In this document: positions 58,968 through 64,000 of the stretch, piece after piece
Numbering within the stretch: position 1 is the stretch's first letter
How the letters are laid out: every line of letters begins with the position of its first letter
Assembly (NCBI GenBank): GCA_943788915.1
Contig: CALSSD010000010.1
Coordinates: 1-64,000, forward strand
Direction of reading: 5' to 3'
DNA length: 64,000 nucleotides
Source of the DNA: an uncultured Acidimicrobiales bacterium
GTDB lineage: Bacteria > Actinomycetota > Acidimicrobiia > Acidimicrobiales > UBA10347
Notes under the pieces: model-generated
The model's input: only the letters and a program-made list of their open reading frames with translations
Database searches by the model: none
Told to the model about the DNA's origin: nothing
Translations under genes and position numbers: made by a program

Positions 58968-60609
58968 AGCTAGACACTAGAGGACCGAAGTTGCACACAA
59001 CGAGTTCGTGGGCGGCGCGAGATGCCGCCAGGTAGAGCTCGGCTGGGCTCATGTCGGCGGCATCGACTAACACAGCGTCGTACTCGATTCCCTTGTGGCT
59101 CCAGACCTCGCCATGGCGGAGCACCCGCCAGTTGTCGTACGCGGCGTCGAGGCGCTTCTCGGCAACGTCGAATCGCTCGTTGAGTTGCACAGCAATACCG
59201 TTTGGACGGATGCCTATGAGCACGACTGCAGGCAGGTCGGTGGCCTGCGCAACGTCGTTGAGCCAGTCGACGATTTCTGCCGACATGCGGTATGCCGTGG
59301 CCAGTTCTGTCGGCTCGATCTTGAGTTCTCGAGCTATGGCTCGAAGCCCGACTGCACCGGAGACCGATGTTTGGGCATCGTCGCCTACAAAGGTCATACC
59401 TTTGGCCCGTCGCCGAACCGCGCGCATCTGCATGACGGTTAAGTCTTGAGCCTCGTCGACGATCACATGGGAGTACTGCATCGGGGGCTGCTCAAAACGA
59501 GCCTTGAGTTCGTCTCGTAGCGGTCCGTCGTCTTCGACCAGCAGCCATGCGTCGATCTGCTCAGCCTCGACTCCGCACCTGAGGAGCACGTCGCGATTGC
59601 GGAGTCGCTTGAATGCTTGTTTGGCACTCATCGGCGGCATGAGTTCCGCGGCGGCTTCGCGCACTTGCGCATCGGGTCGTTCGCTGAACCGGGCGAGGCC
59701 AGCAACCACCCCGGCGCGTTTCTTGCGCCATGGCAGCTTCGAAGCCGCGACCCGGTCGAGAATCTCGATGCTGACTTCGGCCGGCACCCGTTTACGCCTG
59801 ATCATGACCTCTTCGCGTTTGTAGAGCGAGGCTTCGAATCGATCGAGCACGGTCGGCCAGTCAATGGCGGCGCCTATCGCCGACGTTGCTCCTAGGAGGC
59901 GGGCGAGCGTGGATTGACGGACCTTGGCTTCACCCAAGGTCGGTAGCACCGACGACACGTACTCCAGGTACTTATCTGTGGGCCCGATAACCAGAATCAA
60001 CTCAGCGGAGAGCAGGCGCTGGTCCGTGTAGACAATCCACGCTGCTCGGTGGAGCCCGACGACAGTTTTGCCGGTTCCAGGACCGCCTCGGATGACCATG
60101 CTCTCGTCGGGGTCACGGCGTACGAGTTCGTCCTGTTCGGCCTGCAAGGTAGCAACGGCCGTCTTCATGGTCTCGCCCCGAGAGCGGCTGAGCTCTGCCA
60201 TGAGCGGCGATGACCCGGTTACCTGGCCGTTGGTGAACTCTTCGATGAACAGTTCATCGATAGAGCCCACATAACTCACGCGGCGCTGGAGCCCCTGTGG
60301 GTCGTCGAATCCGGCTTGATAGAAGGACTGGGCAAAAGGTGCCCGCCAATCGATGACAACTGGCGTGTGGTCCTTCTGAACGCCATAGAGGCCGACCCGC
60401 CAGACCTCTTCGTCGTCGATGCGGCCGAACACGGTGAGCTCTCGTGACAACTTCTCGACGGCACCGCGGACTACAGCTTCCATGTACTCCTGGCTGACGT
60501 CGTCCGCAGCCATCAGTTCGATGGTCTGCAGAGATGCCAGCTTGTCGGCTGCTGCCTGGCGAGCATCATCGAGCGCGCGCTGTTCATCAGCAAGTTCAAC
60601 CGACGCCAT
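58948..60609 (-). CDS. HelD-like SF1 helicase/ATPase
   Basis: FGRID, VIDWRAP, GGPGTGKT..HRAA, VDEAQD and KGIEYD..SRA. Confidence 0.85.
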   Translation of the reverse strand: MASVELADEQRALDDARQAAADKLASLQTIELMAADDVSQEYMEAVVRGAVEKLSRELTVFGRIDDEEVWRVGLYGVQKDHTPVVIDWRAPFAQSFYQAGFDDPQGLQRRVSYVGSIDELFIEEFTNGQVTGSSPLMAELSRSRGETMKTAVATLQAEQDELVRRDPDESMVIRGGPGTGKTVVGLHRAAWIVYTDQRLLSAELILVIGPTDKYLEYVSSVLPTLGEAKVRQSTLARLLGATSAIGAAIDWPTVLDRFEASLYKREEVMIRRKRVPAEVSIEILDRVAASKLPWRKKRAGVVAGLARFSERPDAQVREAAAELMPPMSAKQAFKRLRNRDVLLRCGVEAEQIDAWLLVEDDGPLRDELKARFEQPPMQYSHVIVDEAQDLTVMQMRAVRRRAKGMTFVGDDAQTSVSGAVGLRAIARELKIEPTELATAYRMSAEIVDWLNDVAQATDLPAVVLIGIRPNGIAVQLNERFDVAEKRLDAAYDNWRVLRHGEVWSHKGIEYDAVLVDAADMSPAELYLAASRAAHELVVCNFGPLVSSYDHGTT

Positions 60610-60636
60610 AGCAGCAGGCTAACTGACCTTCCGGAG

Positions 60637-61485
60637 CTAGGTGTCGAAGCGTGCGCCGGTGAGAGAGCGGCGGAGGTGGCCCCCGGTTGGCGGAGCGAAA
60701 TGGGTACCCAACACCAACGTGCCAGTATCGACGAATCGCTCGATGATCTCGCGTCGGGTCTGGGTGGACAGAGTGCTGTCGGTATCGAACGCAGATGCGG
60801 CCAGCTCGGGCACCGCGAACTGCAGTGGTGTGTGGGTCATGTCGCCGGTTATCAAGGCAGAAGCGTCGTTGGACTCGATCAGCACCGATACATGGCCAGG
60901 CGTGTGGCCCGGTGTCGGAATGAGACGAACATCCTTGGTGAGCTGGTGGTCCGTTTCGACCAGGTCGACAAGACCGGCAGTGATCAGCGGGTCGATCGAA
61001 GGCGCAAGCACCTCCATGTGGTCATCGGTGCGGGTGTGTTCAACCTCGGTGCGGGCGAAAAGATAACGAGCATTCGGGAACGTGGGAACGTACCGGCCGT
61101 TGACCGCTCGCAGGTTCCATCCCACATGATCGAAATGCAGATGGGTGCACAACACCATGTCCACGGCGCTGAGCCCGCCGTCGATAGCTGAATCGAGCCG
61201 GTCGGGAAAGCCCAGGTCGTTTGGTAACGGCCGATCCTGTTCGCCGACACACGTATCAACAACGATCACCATGCCGTCGCTTTCGACGACGAACGAGTGG
61301 ATCGACAACGCCATCTTGTCGTTGCGGTCGGAGAAGAAGTGGGGCACCAGCCAACCGCGATGAGGCGCAAGTGTCTCCGGCGTGAACGACGGCATGAGCG
61401 CAGTGGCGTCGATGTAGGTCACCACTTCTTCGACTCGGGTAACGCAAACGTCGCCGATCGTCCATTGCAGGTTGTCGGTCGACAT
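60637..61485 (-). CDS. MBL-fold metallo-hydrolase
   Basis: THLHFDHVGWN, PTFPNA, TPGHTPGH and GD. Confidence 0.92.
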   Translation of the reverse strand: MSTDNLQWTIGDVCVTRVEEVVTYIDATALMPSFTPETLAPHRGWLVPHFFSDRNDKMALSIHSFVVESDGMVIVVDTCVGEQDRPLPNDLGFPDRLDSAIDGGLSAVDMVLCTHLHFDHVGWNLRAVNGRYVPTFPNARYLFARTEVEHTRTDDHMEVLAPSIDPLITAGLVDLVETDHQLTKDVRLIPTPGHTPGHVSVLIESNDASALITGDMTHTPLQFAVPELAASAFDTDSTLSTQTRREIIERFVDTGTLVLGTHFAPPTGGHLRRSLTGARFDT

Positions 61486-61623
61486 CAGTTGCGTCCTTCA
61501 GAAGCGAGGCCATCGAATTTGGTACCCAAACCGGCCAACGCTTGTCCCGCACCGCCGAATGGATTGTCACAGGGATGATGGTGGCACCCAGTCTTGCCAG
61601 GTGGGTGCCACCATTTCTTCGGA

Positions 61624-62682
61624 TTACAGCTGGGCGGATCCGCCAGCGATCAGCGGGTACAGGCCATCGGCGCCCTGAGCAGCAGCGAGCTGGCCTACCC
61701 ATGCCGACCATTCGCGCACGCCGCCGTACTCGGAACGCCATGTCCACAGCCGGCGGCTCGAATGATGCAACTCGTATTCCTGGGTCATGCCCATGGCTCC
61801 GTGGGCTTGGTGGCAAGCCTTGGTTGCTCGTGTGGCCGCCTGATTCGCTACCAGCTTGGCTGACGCAATCTCGAAACGGGCATCGCCGCGGTTCGCTTCG
61901 CGGCCAGAGCTGTCGGCCGCCATACGGGTGAGTGCCGCGTCTTGGCTGGCCCAGACCAGGTGTTGTTGCACCGCCTGGAAGCGGGCAACGGGACGGCCGA
62001 ACTGCTCGCGTTCGTTCGTGTAGCTCACCGTGAGCTGGCTCATCTTCTCCATGGCTCCAGCCATGAGGGCGACTCGGCTTAGTGCGCCCCGGAACTTCAA
62101 TGCATCGGCGTCGACCCCCTCAGGAGCGGGTGCGATGTCGGCTTGAACGCCGTCGAAGGTCAGGGTGTCTCGGGGTTCGCCGCCCAACGAGGTTGCATGT
62201 GAAATGGTTGCGGCCGCAGCTGGAACCGATGCAACGATGCCGTTGCCGACCAGTGCCAGGCGTTCGGCGTGACGACCCCACGGGACCATGTGAGCGGTAC
62301 CGGTGACGACGCCGTCGCCGCTGACCGAGATCGTGTCAGTGCTGGTCTGAGATGTGCTGCCCGGGGCGACGGTCACGATGCCCTCGGGCAACTCGAGACC
62401 AGCGCTGGCCAGCAGCCAGCCACCAAGGATGCCGGTCTCAGCGGCAGGAATTGGAGCGGCGTAGTAGCCAACCAGGCGCAGAACTTCGAGAGCATCGAGC
62501 AAGGTGCCGCCGGAGCCGCCAGCTTCTTCTGGAAGGGAGATCCATGGGAACCCGGTCTCGGCGAATGCTTGCCAGATCTCAGGTGCGCCGCCGTTGGCCT
62601 CGGCTTGTTGGATGGCTGAGTGGGTGCACTGCTCGCGGAAGAGGCGAGATGCGGTTTCGGTGATGAGAGCGTCGACGGTCAT
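61624..62682 (-). CDS. Acyl-CoA dehydrogenase (short partner subunit)
   Basis: REQFGRPVARFQAVQ and HQAHGAMGMTQEY. ATGA overlap with the upstream ACAD. Confidence 0.88.
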   Translation of the reverse strand: MTVDALITETASRLFREQCTHSAIQQAEANGGAPEIWQAFAETGFPWISLPEEAGGSGGTLLDALEVLRLVGYYAAPIPAAETGILGGWLLASAGLELPEGIVTVAPGSTSQTSTDTISVSGDGVVTGTAHMVPWGRHAERLALVGNGIVASVPAAAATISHATSLGGEPRDTLTFDGVQADIAPAPEGVDADALKFRGALSRVALMAGAMEKMSQLTVSYTNEREQFGRPVARFQAVQQHLVWASQDAALTRMAADSSGREANRGDARFEIASAKLVANQAATRATKACHQAHGAMGMTQEYELHHSSRRLWTWRSEYGGVREWSAWVGQLAAAQGADGLYPLIAGGSAQL

Positions 62683-63836
62683 GCTGGCAACCCCTGAAGT
62701 CCTTTGGATGCAACCGAACGTAGGATCTCGATGGTCCCACCTCGAATCGTGTTGCCGGGTCCGGTAAGTACACATTGTGCGAGCAGTCGCTGGAAGAGCG
62801 ACTCGGACTCGGGTGTGAGTTCATGGTCCACCAGTTCAACCAGCTTCTCGATCACCTCGATCTCGAACCGAGTGCCCATCTCCTTGACCAGGGAGGACTC
62901 GATGGATGGTGCCTCGCCGTCGTCGATCAGACGAGAGACCGACAATGAAAGGTTGCGCATCGACCACCACCGGGCCGTGAGTTCGCCAAAGAGTTCGGTG
63001 GCTCGTTCCCCGATATCGGTGCCTTGTGTCTCTCGCAGCAGCTGCTCGACGGTAGAGAATGGAGAAAGCCAGCGGTCAGGCCCGCCCCGTTCATAGGCCA
63101 TTTCGGTCGTGTTCTGGTTCCAGCCCATGCCTGCCTGGCCGACAACGTTCTCATCGGGCACGAATACATCGGTGAACGAGACTTCGTTGAAGTGATGCTC
63201 GCCATTCAAGAACGGAATGGGGCTGAGCTCAAGGCCGTCGGTGTTGTGCAGGTCGATTAGCACCTGGCTGAGGCCTTCACGCTTGTTGCTGTCTGCCTCG
63301 AGCGGAGTCGTGCGTAGCAGGCAGATAAACCAGTCGTTCGTGTGCGCGTTGCTGGTCCAGATCTTGGTGCCATTCACGATCCAGCCGCCGTCGTCGCGGT
63401 CAGCCCGAGTCGAGACCGAGGCCAGATCTGAGCCACTGTCTGGTTCGCTCATACCGATCGAGAAGCCGAGTTCGCCCCGACAGATCGGCGGCAGGAACCG
63501 TTCCCGCTGTTCGTCGGTGCCGAACTTGTTAATGATGTTGCCGGTTTGGCGGTCGGCCACCCAGTGGTAACCAACAGGAGCGCCCCATCGCAGCATCTCT
63601 TCGACCACGATGAACCGGTCGACAGCCTTCTTGTCGCTGCCTCCCCATTCTTCGGGCAGCGCCATGCCGACCCAGCCTCGCTCGGCCATCTTCTTCGAGA
63701 ATTCCTTGTCATGGCGGGCGGACATGCCCAGCCCGGGTTCGTGACTGCCCGGAGGCAGTTCCTCGGCCAGAAAGGCTCGGACTTCGGTCTGCAGCGCCAG
63801 CTCGTCGCTGGCGAGCTCGGTAGGTGTAAATCGCAT
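62679..63836 (-). CDS. Acyl-CoA dehydrogenase
   Basis: GMSEPDSGSDLAS, NGTKIWTS, FNEV and TIRGGTIEILR. Confidence 0.92.
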   Translation of the reverse strand: MRFTPTELASDELALQTEVRAFLAEELPPGSHEPGLGMSARHDKEFSKKMAERGWVGMALPEEWGGSDKKAVDRFIVVEEMLRWGAPVGYHWVADRQTGNIINKFGTDEQRERFLPPICRGELGFSIGMSEPDSGSDLASVSTRADRDDGGWIVNGTKIWTSNAHTNDWFICLLRTTPLEADSNKREGLSQVLIDLHNTDGLELSPIPFLNGEHHFNEVSFTDVFVPDENVVGQAGMGWNQNTTEMAYERGGPDRWLSPFSTVEQLLRETQGTDIGERATELFGELTARWWSMRNLSLSVSRLIDDGEAPSIESSLVKEMGTRFEIEVIEKLVELVDHELTPESESLFQRLLAQCVLTGPGNTIRGGTIEILRSVASKGLQGLPA

Positions 63837-63862
63837 CGATACCGAACTTAGTCCGAAGGGGA

Positions 63863-64000
63863 TCAGTCTGAAGATTCCAGCAGACGTCCAATATTTCGGT
63901 CGAGCGCCGCGGTGTAGACCCGCTCAACCATCGTGGTCAATGCCGCTTGGGTCTGATCGTCACCCGGGTCGAGGTGAGACAGGTTGTTGCCGAACTGTCC
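63863..64000 (-). CDS. 3' end of a gene running off the window (function unassigned)
   Basis: Open frame GQFGNNLSHLDPGDDQTQAALTTMVERVYTAALDRNIGRLLESSD*. Confidence 0.55.
   Translation of the reverse strand, partial: GQFGNNLSHLDPGDDQTQAALTTMVERVYTAALDRNIGRLLESSD

Noticed and set aside
58948..60609. HelR rifamycin-resistance helicase
   Set aside because: No rifamycin-associated palindrome was seen upstream and the protein is short. Only a generic HelD-like call is supported.

Overview
GC-rich bacterial DNA, inferred to be actinobacterial (Acidimicrobiia-like) from its gene repertoire and the many leaderless-type TANNNT-6/7 nt-ATG starts. About 55 CDS are present, mostly lipid/CoA/aromatic catabolism: CaiB CoA-transferases, crotonases, SDRs, an acyl-CoA dehydrogenase pair and an LLM oxidoreductase. 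There is also a LacI-controlled sugar kinase-gap-pfkA-pyk cluster with two palindromic operators, a Pseudomonas-type isocitrate lyase and gabD. About ten single-base frameshifts in otherwise intact genes suggest long-read assembly errors. No rRNA, tRNA or CRISPR array was seen. Best leads: (1) an orphan AbiEi-wHTH + DUF559 (Vsr-like PD-(D/E)xK) nuclease gene at 41631-42545 is bracketed by two members of a palindromic repeat family, giving perfect 16-bp terminal inverted repeats. Stand-alone copies occur at 851-887 and 56050-56110. The layout resembles REP/RAYT but with a different enzyme class. (2) A glutathione peroxidase missed by the ORF track has an in-frame UGA at its catalytic position followed by an fdhF-like SECIS, so it is probably a selenoprotein. 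(3) Short tandem duplications recur across stop codons. (4) A degenerate ADP-ribosylglycohydrolase is fused to a Cys-phosphatase. (5) A metF relic has lost large segments by deletion. All family calls are by motif recognition, without database searches.
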